DNA of 33,118 bases from Hydrurus foetidus (lineage: Eukaryota), in assembly GCA_900617105.1 (NCBI GenBank), contig UYFQ01000124.1, forward strand, positions 62,001 through 95,118, given 5' to 3'. Positions 1 to 11,961 of the stretch are shown here, in pieces (position 1 is the first letter of the stretch; every line of letters starts with the position of its first letter). The notes under the pieces were generated by a model. The model saw nothing but the letters and a program-made list of their open reading frames with translations. It ran no database searches and was not told the origin of the DNA. Made by a program: the position numbers and the translations under genes.

Positions 1-3000
1 CACGATTTGTTAGGAATGGAAACGTCAGAAATGAGAAGGATTGTAGGATCGTTCTGCAAATTGACTCCCCAGGGGGTGCTAGATGAAGGAATATTAGTCG
101 AGACCAGAGAGGATTTGCCCGGAGAGATATTGGAAATTACAGAGAAAGATAATCTATCGCTTGTAACCTCTATGAATGAAACGTTTCACAATGTTCCGAC
201 AGTTCTGAAGGACATGATCGCATTGCCACCTGTAATCGGAAATACCATTCCGATCGGATTTGACACAGACTATCTATCAAGCCCAGGTGCATTTCCGCTA
301 ATGTATTTTGATTTTATATTCATTTTTATTTTTATGAGCATTGTGAATATTTGAAATTTTGTTAATATTTTTTCTCACTTTCTCCTTTTCTGCTATGACC
401 ACTTTTCCGACTTTTCCTTCTGTCATCGTTACCTCTATACTTCAACTTAAGTGACGGTCGGTCAGAAATTGCAGTACACCCAGCGTATTAATGTCCCCCC
501 TGCTTCACTTCATTTCAAGAGAACTCTAGTAGAACTTTGAATTTGTTGAACTATCGTTTTCATTTTCATTGTTTTTTTCATTTTTTATTTCATGTTTATT
601 TTGCATTCTAAATCTCTCCTCTTCACAATTGTTATATGTCTAGAATATGAGCCTGATGTATACACAATAGCATCAGAAAGCGAACTACTTCAAGGAGCGC
701 AGTCAGCCAATATTAGAAACAAGCGAGCTAGAATGGTTGACATATCGAAACAAACCAGCATCTGTCCTAATTGCGGTGTAGAGCTAATTCCCTTGGTATT
801 GGATGAAGAAGAAAGAAAAAGAGTTAGACACGGATTAATGCGAATAGCTGCTAGTTCATCAATGACTCAACTCAAAAACATTCAAGTACGTCAGCGACAT
901 TTCTGTGCCAGATTATCGAATTGATTTCATGATGTGTTCGTGTTTTACCCTCGAAGTTTATAATTTTCTTGCACAGATGTTAGTGCATTGTCTTGTACTG
1001 TAGTGTAGTGTAGTGTAGTGTAGTGTAGTGTAGTGTAGTGTAGTGTAGTGTAGTGTAGTGTAGTGTATTGTACTGTATTGTATTGTATTGTATTGTATTG
1101 TACTGTACTGTACTATACTGTACTATTCAATTTAATAAAATTCTGTTCTACTCTATCACACTCAATGTCATCCACGGCGTCGCTCTTATAGCTCACTCTG
1201 AACTATCGTGTCTTCATCTTTTTCAACTTCTTGTACATCTCCTAACATTCTTACTCCTTATTTTAGGCCTTTGGGGAGTGGCTAAAATTACAATCAGAAT
1301 TTAAGTATGTTATTGACGGTGCAAACGTTGCGTATCATTATCAAAACTTCGAATCAGGAAGATTCTCTTATCGTCAAATAGAGTTAGTGGTTGACAAAAT
1401 GTTGGCAAGAGGGGATGGAAATGTTCTTGTTCTGTTACCGTATTCTTATGCACAGAAAGTCGTACCAAATAGTTCAAAGCATAAAGGAAAGAAATCAATC
1501 AGTTATGCATCAGTAGCTGATCAGGTAAGATAAACTGTCATAACAACTTGAACGTACGTAATCGATTTTTTTGCTCTGCCTTGCATATCGGATACTGCAT
1601 TTTATTTACATAAAAATACTACACCAATTTCTTTAAAATTTTTCAATGCTACACAATCTTTCCTTATACTCCACCTTCCTTTTTATTTTTATTAATATTA
1701 TTTCAGCGTATTCTTCAACGATTAGAAGAAGAAAGAATGTTGTATTTGGTTCCTCCTGGGGCTGACGATGACTGGTACTGGATCTACACTACCGTAATGG
1801 AGAACAGGACAGACACGGCTTTTGTGGTAAGATACGGTTAAATTTTAGTGGGTGTGAGTACGATGGGATGTGTTGTAGTGTGGTGTGGTGTGATGCGATG
1901 TGACATGATATGATGCGATGTGATGCGATGTGTTATAATGTTATGGTACGTGATATGATATGATGTAATTCGTATGCAAAAATGCAGAGTATATGGTACA
2001 TTGACTGACAACGCCACTTCTTTCTCTCCCACTTCTCTCACCTCTCCCTCAAACTCTGCCTTCACTTCTTCCTCTCCTTTTTTTCTGTTTCTTTTTCTTT
2101 ACCCCGCAGGTGACCAACGATCAAATGAGAGACCACCGGTTGGCTTTTCTGGAACCCAGACCCTTTATTCGGTGGCGCACCACACAGGCAAGTCCCCTCC
2201 ACAGAAATTAAAATCCATCTAGTGGACTGTGGTGTTGGAGCTCCCACTTTCCTGCAGAAAATGACGAAGCCCGGTCCCAGAAATTCTCTCAAAAATGTTC
2301 CACACTCGTCTCTTCTTCCTCTCCTCTCCTCTCCTCTCCTCTCCTCTCCTCTCCTCTCCTCTCTTACCCTTCAACTTCCCTGATGATTTCAACCTTTCTC
2401 CCTTGTTTTTTGTAACCCACCCGACTTTGCTCTAGTGCGTTGTCTGACCCTGCCTCTCCCTTGTAATCCTGACTTGTGGTTGCCCATTCATGACCCCTTT
2501 CTACCCCACATGCATTTACTCGCCTACCTTATCCTACTTTATCAAATCCTCTTCAATCTTGCACATTCCAGGTAAATTCTGTCAATTGTACTCCTACTGG
2601 ATTTGTCCTTTCGAGGCCAGTCCTGTTATAGGCTTGCTGCATGACGATTTTTGAGTCGACCATAGAAGGCGCTGCCCATCTCTGAACATCCATTTTGTCA
2701 CATAACATCACATAGTCTACTTTACATCACTGCACTATACTTCACGAGCTTAACCTCACTTACTCCCCTACAGGTGTTGAATTTTTGTTTTTCGAAAGCT
2801 GCCAAGGAGGACACTGCTGACCCTGAGACGTACATCATAAATCCAGGTAAATTGACAGTCCTGACGATGATTGAACAGTAGTGTATCCTGACAATAATAA
2901 ATTCCTCTTCTATCTACTAATTTAAAATATTCTCCCCCTCCTCCCAAAACTGATCTCTCCCTTCCCTCTCACTATGATGATTTGACTGGCGTCACATAGT

Positions 3001-3494
3001 GCTATACTGCATTCTCTCAACACGTTTGTTTATGTAACCATGCGTCCGTTTTATAAATAGACGAAGCGTTGCTGCTGCATTGCATTCGTGATTGGATGTA
3101 ACTCTATTGCTATCTTCTCCTGGATCTACGGAAAATACTACACGACACTGCACTGCACTACACTACACTACACTACACTACTCCTCACATCAATACTTAT
3201 CATAATGGGACATTTGCAGCGAAATACTCCCGTGAAATTCAACGAGGAATAACGCCAAATGGAGAAGAGTCCGAACGATGGCACGTACCCGCATCAGATA
3301 GAAGGGCCTGGCTGTGTCTGTCCACTAGGGATCCGCTGCTTTCGCCTAACACTACCTCAGACTCTGGCTCAGTCTCTGACGCAATCTCTACCTCTGTCTC
3401 TACCTCTATCTCTGACTCTATCTCTACCTCAAACACTACCGATAAAAATAGAAGCAATAATGAAAGCAGTAGCATAGCTGATGGTGTACAATGA
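1..3494 (+). CDS. PRORP: Protein-only RNase P (PRORP) family, NYN metallonuclease domain; 5' end lies outside the window
   Basis: Exons 1-286, 644-885, 1267-1524, 1707-1826, 2110-2187, 2774-2846 and 3220-3494 join in one frame. The product has a CPNC Zn motif, YVIDGANVAY, VPPGADDDWYWIY, VVTNDQMRDH, FIRWRTTQ, YSREIQ and WHVP...WLC, the ordered PRORP signatures. Intron 2188-2773 is GC-AG. Confidence 0.9.
1001..1126. repeat. Intronic pentamer microsatellite: (TAGTG)13 followed by TATTG/TACTG units
   Basis: Read directly; lies within PRORP intron 886-1266. Confidence 0.95.
1868..1966. repeat. Degenerate pentamer microsatellite (TGGTG/TGATG/CGATG/TGATA)
   Basis: Read directly; lies within PRORP intron 1827-2109. 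Confidence 0.8.
2318..2363. repeat. (CTCCT)n microsatellite
   Basis: About 8-9 units, within the PRORP GC-AG intron. Confidence 0.9.
3146..3180. repeat. (CACTG)2(CACTA)5 microsatellite
   Basis: Read directly in the last PRORP intron; CACTA is the reverse complement of TAGTG. Confidence 0.9.
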
Positions 3495-3985
3495 ACTACA
3501 TAGAAAATCTAATAGACATTTTAATTTACAGATAGTTGTTTTGGTGGTTTGAATTCTCTACGGTATTTCACTGAAGTTCTATATGAATAAACTAAGTTCC
3601 ATGGCTCTGCATCGCACTGTGCCGCACATCGCAACGATCACCCTCTTATATTGGTTGTCGTCAGGGAGGATGGATAAAAACTTCAGTTTTTCTAGGGTTA
3701 CGTAGGTTCCGGAAGAGTTCTGACGTTTTTACCCAAATAATCCCAAATCCTTCACCTCACCTCGGGGACCTAGAACCTAGAATCCAAACTTGACCCAAAT
3801 TTTTAGTGCATTCATCCGACCGTTTCAAAATTGAAAAGAGAAGTGCGATACTGCAGATAGTACATGTGGAGAAGAGATGTGGTCATGGTGCAGAAGAGAT
3901 ATTACATCTTTTTCTCCTTCATATTCAAATTGCTGTCGTCGTATGAGGTGAACTTTAAGATGTCGGCACCTAAAAACTTTTTCTG

Positions 3986-5770
3986 ATGGAAAATTTAAGT
4001 GAGGCTGAGTGGCCTGCGTGGACTTCGAAAAAACAAGAGTTGCTTATTGATGGACTGACTGTCGCTCAGGTTTTCAGTAATGTTCACGTCCAGCTTGAGA
4101 CTCTACGAAAAAGGAAGTTCGCGAATAAAGCTGGAGTGCTTTTTGAGGATGAATTGAACAGCCTCGCTGATCAAATCGTGAGGCTCGGCAATGCTGGAAC
4201 TGATAGGATTCCTCAAATGGAAATGAAAATGAAAGTCTTCGAGAGACGGCTTGATAGCTTAGATGATTCAGCCGCTTGCAAATCAGACATTGCAAAGTTG
4301 GAGAAGAGACTTGCAGGAAGAATGGAAGGACTAGAGATGAGGATTAGTTCCGTGGAAACATCGCTCGCTGGATTTGGAGTTCAGGGGCTTATTATTCCAC
4401 GGACCGATGTTGTTGTCGATGGCTCGATTAATGGGCGACTAGAACTTATAGAAAGCAAGATTCAGGGCATGTCAAACAAGTCAGTTACATTAGAGAAGAG
4501 TTTGGAGTCAATCATAAATCAGTTTAATGATTTAAAGAAACAGCTGGAAAGTATTCCCAAGAAGGTTTCTGATCTTGGTGACAACTGCTCTGTTAACGAA
4601 TGCAAAATCGGAGGATTAGAAAACTTATTCTCAGATTTGCATACCGGATATAGTAGAGTAAAGATCGCGATGGAAAGATTACCGGAGGAATGTTACGAAA
4701 GAATTAAAGGAGAAATTTCTTCGATGGAAGAAAGAAAAGCTGAAAGAACAGAAATGATCAAAAAAGCAGAATCATCTCAACTTCATTTGAAAGCAGATCT
4801 TAGTGAGGTTTCTCTGGTCAATGACTTATGCAATCAATTGGATAAAAGACTGGAAATTAATAAAATTGAGGTGAACGATTCTTTGAAAAGTCTGCGCAAC
4901 AATTATGATAAAAGATTAGAGGCGCTTCTGCAATGGATTTTAAAACAGCTCAGAAGACTTGCAGGAAATACTCGAAAAGGATCAGATCTTGGTGGGACTG
5001 ATATTGGAAAAGTGAAGTGTTTAGTATGTGACCAAGTTGTCAGTCAGCATGTCGCAACAGACACAGTATTCGGCGGACCGGCCATGCCAGTCAGCCTAAA
5101 AACACTCACTCAAAACAGACCAATGCCATTTGAGAATGAACCAGAACGGTCCAAAACTCCTAAAAATGGGGTCCCAGTGACACAGCCCTGGGGTCGTACA
5201 GCCCAGAACAGAAGTCCCAGTCCCCCCAGGGGAATACCCCATTCGGGGGCGGGCCATAATCTGGACCCCACAACAGACAGAGGACTTGACCATATTTTAC
5301 AGGCTATGCAGGGACCAGCTACATATCGCCGACCAGTATCAGCACAGCTTCATCGCAGTGACAGTGAGAGAGGAGGAGGGATAAATGTAACACTTAGTCA
5401 GTCAGCAGATTCTTACCCACCCAATATGGGTGACGCACAGACAGCCACTGGGGACCGAAAGTTATCCCAATTCAAGGAACTAGAACTGTAAGTTCCTGAT
5501 TCAATTAAACAACTCGATGCCTAGAACAATTCAATTTCTGCATTCACGCACTGCTTTATACATTAATACTCCCATCTGATATTGGATGTATACTGTACTG
5601 ACTATCTTTTTCTATCGTTTACATTCCACCCTTATCCGGTGTGATTTAGTCGTAGAGGCGATGCTAGCCGCCGGCCATCTTTGATGCCTTCTGCCTTGGG
5701 AGAAGACAGACCGCAGTCAGCCCCAGTGAAAAAGACTTCCCTGAAACCAAGAAGAACTTCAATGGGTTAA
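3986..5770 (+). CDS. Uncharacterised coiled-coil protein with a CLVCDQ (CxxC) motif and low-complexity tail, about 540 aa
   Basis: 1.5-kb first exon 3986-5487, intron GTAAGT(5488)...TTTAG(5649), last exon 5650-5770 reading (L)RRGDASRRPS...RRTSMG*. Long heptad-rich region followed by KVKCLVCDQVV, which resembles the CLSCDR motif of DUF4795/QRICH2-like proteins (weak). Confidence 0.8.
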
Positions 5771-5814
5771 GAACGCACACACGCACATATACGTACACAC
5801 ACATATGTACATAT

Positions 5815-5815
<1 letters not shown>

Positions 5816-5908
<93 letters not shown>
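5816..5908. repeat. (CA)n microsatellite, about 46 units
   Basis: Read directly, just 3' of the stop at 5770. Confidence 0.97.
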
Positions 5909-5911
<3 letters not shown>

Positions 5912-6159
5912 TCGTTCGTACAGTTTTGAAAAGAGCTTCTAGACAGAGTCGTGTCACATCCTCTCAACCCTCAGACGCATAGTTCCCAGAAACACTCTAA
6001 TCAAACTGAGTTAAGAGGGATGAAAGAAGGTCTGCATAAACTACACGTCATTGATACAACTAAATCTACACAATAAATACGGCCTCGGAAAATCGTAACA
6101 TGCACAAGATACACGTACGTAAACAATAAACAAAACTCACATAGCAGAACATACAGATA

Positions 6160-6338
6160 TGATACAATATAATGAAACACGAGATGAGACATCACTGCAC
6201 AATACAATACGATATAAGACAGTGCAATATAACATAAGACAACACAAGGCTATACATTACAATCTAATACAACACAACAAAAGACAATATAAGACAACAC
6301 AGGATAAAACAGTAAATAAAATACAACACTGTACAATT
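6160..6338. repeat. Degenerate pentamer tract (ACAAT/ACAAG/ATAAG)
   Basis: 5-nt periodic A/C-rich sequence. Confidence 0.65.
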
Positions 6339-7509
6339 AGACCAACCAAAACTCTGTTTCTTCGTGAATCTCTCAGTTGACATTGCAAATATTCTTTCCG
6401 CCTCAAGGAAAAGAAAATGTCATTTTATCGATGATTTACCTGGCAATACAAGAGAAAATACTATACGTTTAATTTCACATACTTTCTCTTCCCTACCAAT
6501 GAATTCCTTTCGAAGTAGTTAATCATACTCGATACATCCACTCTCAAACAGAGTACGTATTCTACACAATCACTTATATATAGTATTAATCTCTGAATAT
6601 TAAGTTTTAGATCTAGGATACGTCACTCTGTGTGCTTACCTGAGATTCCAATCATAGGTCCATGAACTTTTATTTCGATTTTGTTCTTGTTATTACATTT
6701 GCGACTTTTAAAGTTTAACTATCACTTCTTAAAATGCTGAAGAAATTGTTTCATATTTTATTTACATTACTTACTTTACTACATTTTTTTGATACATTTT
6801 ATCTCACTTTTGTTTTCTGTTTAATTGATACACCATAGTGTTTACTTTTTAATTAAATTAATAATTCAACATTCAAATAAGTTTTGTATTTTCTTCCTTC
6901 GAGATTTAGATTGAAAAAATGTGGAACACAGCACTCACTCCTGTCAGTACTCGAACAGTCACGATGGGTCATCCATTAATTTTATACTCTTTTCACATCC
7001 AAAACAGTTGATCGAGTGGATTACACTTTGAATTAGCCAGATAGATGAGGATGATTTTATTATGGCTAGTAGGCACCAAGATCCAAGATTTTCTTAAGAT
7101 ATTCTTACCACCGTTCAGGTGGATATTCTTAGATCATCTGACACGGAGTCACCATTATTCCGTTGCTGATCACGGAAATACCAAAAGAGCGTAATGTAAA
7201 TTCTATCTGGAATGATGGTGACTCCGCAACAGAAAAATGATGAAAACATCGAAATGAGATACATGAAATTGAAATTCGATATCGGTGTCCAAACAAATCG
7301 CTGAGATGTGTGTGCTCTCACCGCGTAAAAACGAATTAAGGAATCTAATCATTTTGGATAATGAACTCTCTACTACAAAGTTTTGAAGATCTCGGATCAC
7401 TCTAACAGAGCGTGGGAGGTGGAAGGTGGGAGTGGGGAGTGAGCGGTGGCGGTGGGCGGAGAGAGTCGTGTGTTGTATGTTCGGTTGTCCTGTTCAGGTG
7501 GGGTAGGCA

Positions 7510-8085
7510 CAGTGTAACGTAAAGCTCGCTTCGATCAGGATCGGATGTCTCAGGATTTGGCCCTTTTTTTTCCTGAATGCCGATGCACGGGTATAAGATA
7601 ATGGACATTCAATTTTATCTAGTATGACTTTTTTCCTGAATGCCGATAGCAGGGTAGTAACCTGAGCAATGCAAGCTTTACTTATCAGTGTCGAGGTTGA
7701 CTCCTATCTACGCCTGATTTAATCGAAAGCATCATTTTGGATGTAATTTACAGAAACAGATTGTATATCGTAGTTATCGCTTGCTTGTAGTTATCAACAA
7801 ACATGTTGAAATATCATCATACATGATATAAAACTGTTGTTGTTATGTATCATGATCATGATTATAAAGTGGGGACGATGAACTCGATGTATTACAAAAG
7901 ATATTAGCTGTAGAATACAAGAATATGAATATGAATTCAGCTCGTAGTTACACAATGGTAATCGCTTAGCTCAGGAACGGATGTCTCAGGTTGGCATCAT
8001 TTCGTGAATGCCGATGCACGAGTACAAGATAATTTAAAAATCCTGGGTATCCGATCCTGAACGAACCGAGCTTTACGTTACACTG
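7510..8085. mobile_element. MITE / non-autonomous Tc1-mariner(pogo)-like element, 576 bp
   Basis: Left TIR CAGTGTAACGTAAAGCTCGCTTCGATCAGGATCGGATGTCTCAGGATTT (7510-7558) pairs with 8038-8085 (reverse complement CAGTGTAACGTAAAGCTCGGTTCGTTCAGGATCGGATACCCAGGATTT). Right flank is TA, left flank is CA. No ORF inside. Confidence 0.8.
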
Positions 8086-8373
8086 TACACAGTGTACCGT
8101 ACACAATACAGAACTGTAACGTTTCCGACTTCCGACCTCAAAATTTCAAACTGTTCCTCAACAACCCGAACTTCTTCCTCCAAGCCGAAACTCTGAACTC
8201 AACTGCTTCTATTTTGGACACTGTACACTGCACAGTTTTAAGCCCATACTCCCTTTCATTCCATTGCTTATCATTAATACATCCTTTAGAGAGTGCAAAC
8301 GTCTGTGATCCAGGCATTCCTTCCAATCCAACGACGGTCACATTTACTGAGTTCCAGTACTTTTTGTATCATC

Positions 8374-10172
8374 ATGTCCGCCGGATTTAAATTTTGCACA
8401 GCTTTTGCAATTTTCACAATATTATCGCAATGCCAAACAGTATCCTCAGATGTTCACGCACCAGCGGACATAACCGATTTGAAAGAATTACCCCAAGATG
8501 AGAACAAGAGACTGGCGCATAATTGGATCCTCTACCTCAATACGCCGGAGTGTAGAGAAAAATTCCATGACGCCCGTGCGATGATGAAGACAAGACTCAT
8601 CAAGATGGCAACCTACCCCAAAGAGCTGTCTGATCAAATCTTTCCAGATTCCACATCAACATGCAATGCTGTCTCTTTAAAAATTGGCATGAGCCCAAGC
8701 CTCCTCTTGTATCCACTCGAAAGGAATAAAATCGATTTGCCAGACGGCGAAGATGACAGCCAGCGCATCACAGATTTCGTTCAAGGTGAATAGAAGATAT
8801 CTCTACTCGGTATTTCCCGAATTTATCTGAAAAATTTCTTCATTTCCGTTTTCAGCGCAAGAAGAAGTGGAAGTAGGTTGGACTTCGTATTACAGCGCGT
8901 CACTATCACTGTTCTGGATCAATCCTGAAAACGACGACAGAATACACAACGGCAAGATCGAGTATGGAGAGCAGATGACCCATTGGAAGAAATCACTTTT
9001 AGGCCACACTTTTGAAGTTCTAGACGAAGAAGCAAACGCTGTTCTTGGCAGATTCACACTTAAACACGACTCTTATTTTGTTATCGGACATACGAAAGCA
9101 CAAAATTTCGAGAGAGATGTTACTGTCCAAGTGGAAGAAACTTTTGAAGGGGAGTGGGAGAGGTCGCGTAAAGTCACCAGAACATTCACTGAACTGGGGT
9201 TTAGCAAGGGAAAATTACCCCAAGATCTATGGGGATCAATGTCAGCGTATTATTACAACAACCGCAACAGTAAAATCAAGGAGGAGTGGGACAAGAAAGG
9301 TATCCCTCACAATGAATTCATACCACCTACTTCCATGTCATCATTGGCTCTAACTCATCTTACATTCTCCTCACTAATTATTCTCCTATTTTCCACCGAA
9401 ATGAAGGCATTTTCGTGAACTGGTGGGAGAGTGACGTGTTCCTTATCAGTATGCCATGGGATCTCAAGGTACAGAGACCCGAACAACCAGCACTTGCTCA
9501 TTTGTTCCTCTATTCTATTCTAAAGTGTGTGCGTAGAACTGCATTGTGAACACCTTGAAGTCAATATAATTATGTAATAACGCATATATTATGTCACACT
9601 CGCAGAGATATTGGCAGTCCCGCCTACAGACACTAGTCGAAGCATGGAGTGGTGTAGAGCTCGAACTAACGGACATCTACGGCATGAGGAGATACGAACA
9701 AGGTGCAAGACTGCTCACACACGTTGACAGACAGGCCACACACGCCGCTTCCCTCATCATCAATGTAGCCCAGGGCTCAATGAAAGACCCATGGGCTTTA
9801 GAGATCTACGACTTCGCTGACCGCCTGCACGAAGTCACCATGGAGGAGGGAGACATCGTGTACTATGAGAGCGCGAGATGTCTGCATGGCCGGATGAAAC
9901 CGCTCAATGGAGCTTTCTACGTCAATCTGTTCGCACACTACAGACCGACAGGTAACCCCGACTGGTACACGGAAGAGAATCCAGAGGGCAATGTGGAGCA
10001 GTTGCTCGACATCGGAGACTGCTCTGTGACGAGTAACGGCACGTACTGTACGAAGGACAACGAGAAGGTGCCTTTCTTGTCCCCCTCCTTGGAGAAGCTA
10101 AACGGCCCTGAGGACCTCATGCGGTACTGGAAACACACCTCCCCACACAGAGGCGGCAATGAAGAACTATAA
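8374..10172 (+). CDS. Secretory-pathway 2OG-Fe(II) oxygenase (prolyl-hydroxylase-like) with an upstream VHL-beta-like segment, about 494 aa
   Basis: Exons 8374-8785, 8856-9299, 9407-9468 and 9606-10172 join in frame. Signal peptide MSAGFKFCTAFAIFTILSQCQTVSS. IYGMRRYEQGARLLTHVD (HxD), ESARCLHGR (distal H) and NLFAHYRP. C-terminal NEEL resembles an ER-retention signal. Confidence 0.85.
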
Positions 10173-10565
10173 GTCAACTCTCTCACGTTGTTGGTCAGTC
10201 AAGACTGGTCAACTTTATTATTGGCTATTTCTCAATATTTCTTCGGATTTGTACATTCCCGTTATTTTATTTCTTACGGCATGAGATTTCATTCTAATGC
10301 GTTCTCAATAAAGGTCGCTTTCGATATTCTATCCCTTACATTATTATCGTGAGCCACTCATAGATAAGGATGTTCAATTACCATGACTGTGCCGCCATTT
10401 TATAATAACCAAACCAATTGATTTCATTTCGCACCGTATCGAGTCTGCTTCTTTACGTGCGAATATGTAGTTCTTGATGATGCCATGTGAAGCGTTTCTG
10501 TAGACTCTGGGAAGTGGAGCTCTTTAATGCTTGCAGGTATTTAGACTGCAAATTGCACCTTATAC

Positions 10566-11216
10566 TCATGTTGCCTTGAGTTCCAATGATAGCAAAGGAT
10601 CATGCGAAACCAAACTAGAATTGATCTCAAGGCCACCACCAATCATCATTTTCACAGGGCAGTTATTGGCTACTCGTAAGAGCCTATCCTTCTGTATTTG
10701 TGTCAAATTGCCCTCTAATTCTATTGCAATGCTCAGTCCAACTGGTACGTGCTTATGGAGACCTTTTATTTCATCCACAGTAACTAATATATTGCTCAGA
10801 CGACAATCCTTCCAGCTTGATCCAGCAATACCTTTCGTATTGTCAAAGAATGTTCGGATAGTCATCACTGTACAGGATCCAAGGGCAGAGTAAAGAAGCT
10901 CTTTTGGGGAAGGACCCATATCAGCGCCTTTTTCAATAACCTTCAAGTCACTGATCAAACAATGTCCTCCTACAGTAGTCCTTGTTGCAAAATTAGATGG
11001 ATTCTGGAGAAAATCGTGATCGACATCATTTGGAAGAACTACTTTCCCCTGAGATTCAGATACTGAAACTCTTCTGGTGGTCACTTCCGACATGTGCAGT
11101 TCATTTGATCCTCCAACGGATCGACAATTAAGAATTCTAGGGATTATCGATCGGGGAAAACCAGGAAGATGCACTAGCAACATCGATAAACAAACAAGTC
11201 CCAATGGAAAGACCAT
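10566..11216 (-). CDS. OsmC/Ohr-family (YhfA-like) protein with an N-terminal targeting extension, about 216 aa, intronless
   Basis: GHCLISD...GADMGPSPKELLYSALGSCTVMTIR and RLLRVANNCPVKMMI carry the two conserved Cys motifs of OsmC-like proteins. First ATG at 11216 gives hydrophobic MVFPLGLVCLSMLLVHLPGF. Confidence 0.85.
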   Translation of the reverse strand: MVFPLGLVCLSMLLVHLPGFPRSIIPRILNCRSVGGSNELHMSEVTTRRVSVSESQGKVVLPNDVDHDFLQNPSNFATRTTVGGHCLISDLKVIEKGADMGPSPKELLYSALGSCTVMTIRTFFDNTKGIAGSSWKDCRLSNILVTVDEIKGLHKHVPVGLSIAIELEGNLTQIQKDRLLRVANNCPVKMMIGGGLEINSSLVSHDPLLSLELKAT

Positions 11217-11406
11217 GAGATTACAGAGTTTGCAGTGTTCAGTGTGCAATGTGCACTCGGCAACGACTGCTGACTGCTGTACCGTACTGCTACCGTACAC
11301 GTTTTTACCGTAAAAAGCAATGAGTAGATTCAGATCGGCTATTTTAGCCGTAAATCGGCTAAAATTATTCTCAAGTAATTTGCTTTCAATAAAACATTAG
11401 ACGTTA

Positions 11407-11961
11407 TATAATTGTTGAAATGAAGGGAGTTAGAGTACTGAATGTGTTGAGATGGTTATGATGCGCTGCAGCTGCGACGTTCATTTCAAGAGCTTCTATA
11501 GATAAAAAGTTATGACAGTAGGAATAAATGAAGTAAAATTTTGATAGCTCTGACGAGTTGAGAGTCAAAAATTGACAGGAAAAAAGGCCTGCAAAATCGA
11601 AAAGTGTCGACACCTGTGAGATTCGAACTCACGAAGGCATAGCCCACGGCCTTAGCAGGGCCGCGCCTTAACCACTCGGCCAAAGTGCCTTGAACACATG
11701 AAACCGCTGTGTACCTTGGCAAAATTTGCCTATTTATCTTCAGATCTGTATTATCGTCCAAATCAATAAGCAAACACTAATGGTCATCCAATGCGCTTCA
11801 CCTTGACTTCGTGGGGAGACTCAGATCGGCGCACTTCATTCAGATGCTATAATACCCCACTTGGTCGTTATGCGTCAGTCAAAGAGGAACGAAAGTACTA
11901 GGCTTTGTATTTCCTCTATCGAAAAAGTCGTACAGTCTCAGATGTAACCTATATCTAATCG
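11407..11961. repeat. Left arm of 555-bp inverted repeat containing tRNA-Ser
   Basis: Reverse complement of 12830-13384. One mismatch noticed (GAGCTATCAA vs GAGCTATTAA). Confidence 0.95.
11608..11689 (-). tRNA. trnS-GCT: tRNA-Ser(GCT)
   Basis: GGCACTTTGGCCGAGTGGTTAAGGCGCGGCCCTGCTAAGGCCGTGGGCTATGCCTTCGTGAGTTCGAATCTCACAGGTGTCG, 82 nt: acceptor stem GGCACTT/AGGTGTC, A box, CT-GCT-AA anticodon loop, long variable arm, GTTCGAATC B box, discriminator G, downstream T-runs. Confidence 0.97.

Noticed and set aside
2380..2447. Intronic TGATGA...CTGA box C/D snoRNA candidate (also ATGACGA...CTGA at 2641-2685)
   Set aside because: No terminal stem or recognisable rRNA-complementary guide, and the second candidate is too short.
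3692..3700. TAGGGTTA telomere-like word
   Set aside because: A single unit with no tandem array.
5664..5967. CVCVCV ORFs, and similarly YCIVL (1068-1304) and FHFHF/ILILIL (30058-30327)
   Set aside because: Translations of microsatellites.
6115..6522. Possible extra intron (GTACGT...CTCAG at 6376) and short downstream exon
   Set aside because: Cannot be joined in frame to a supported CDS; at most a UTR intron.
7414..7460. G-rich tract as a G-quadruplex candidate
   Set aside because: G-runs are irregular and no functional context is evident.
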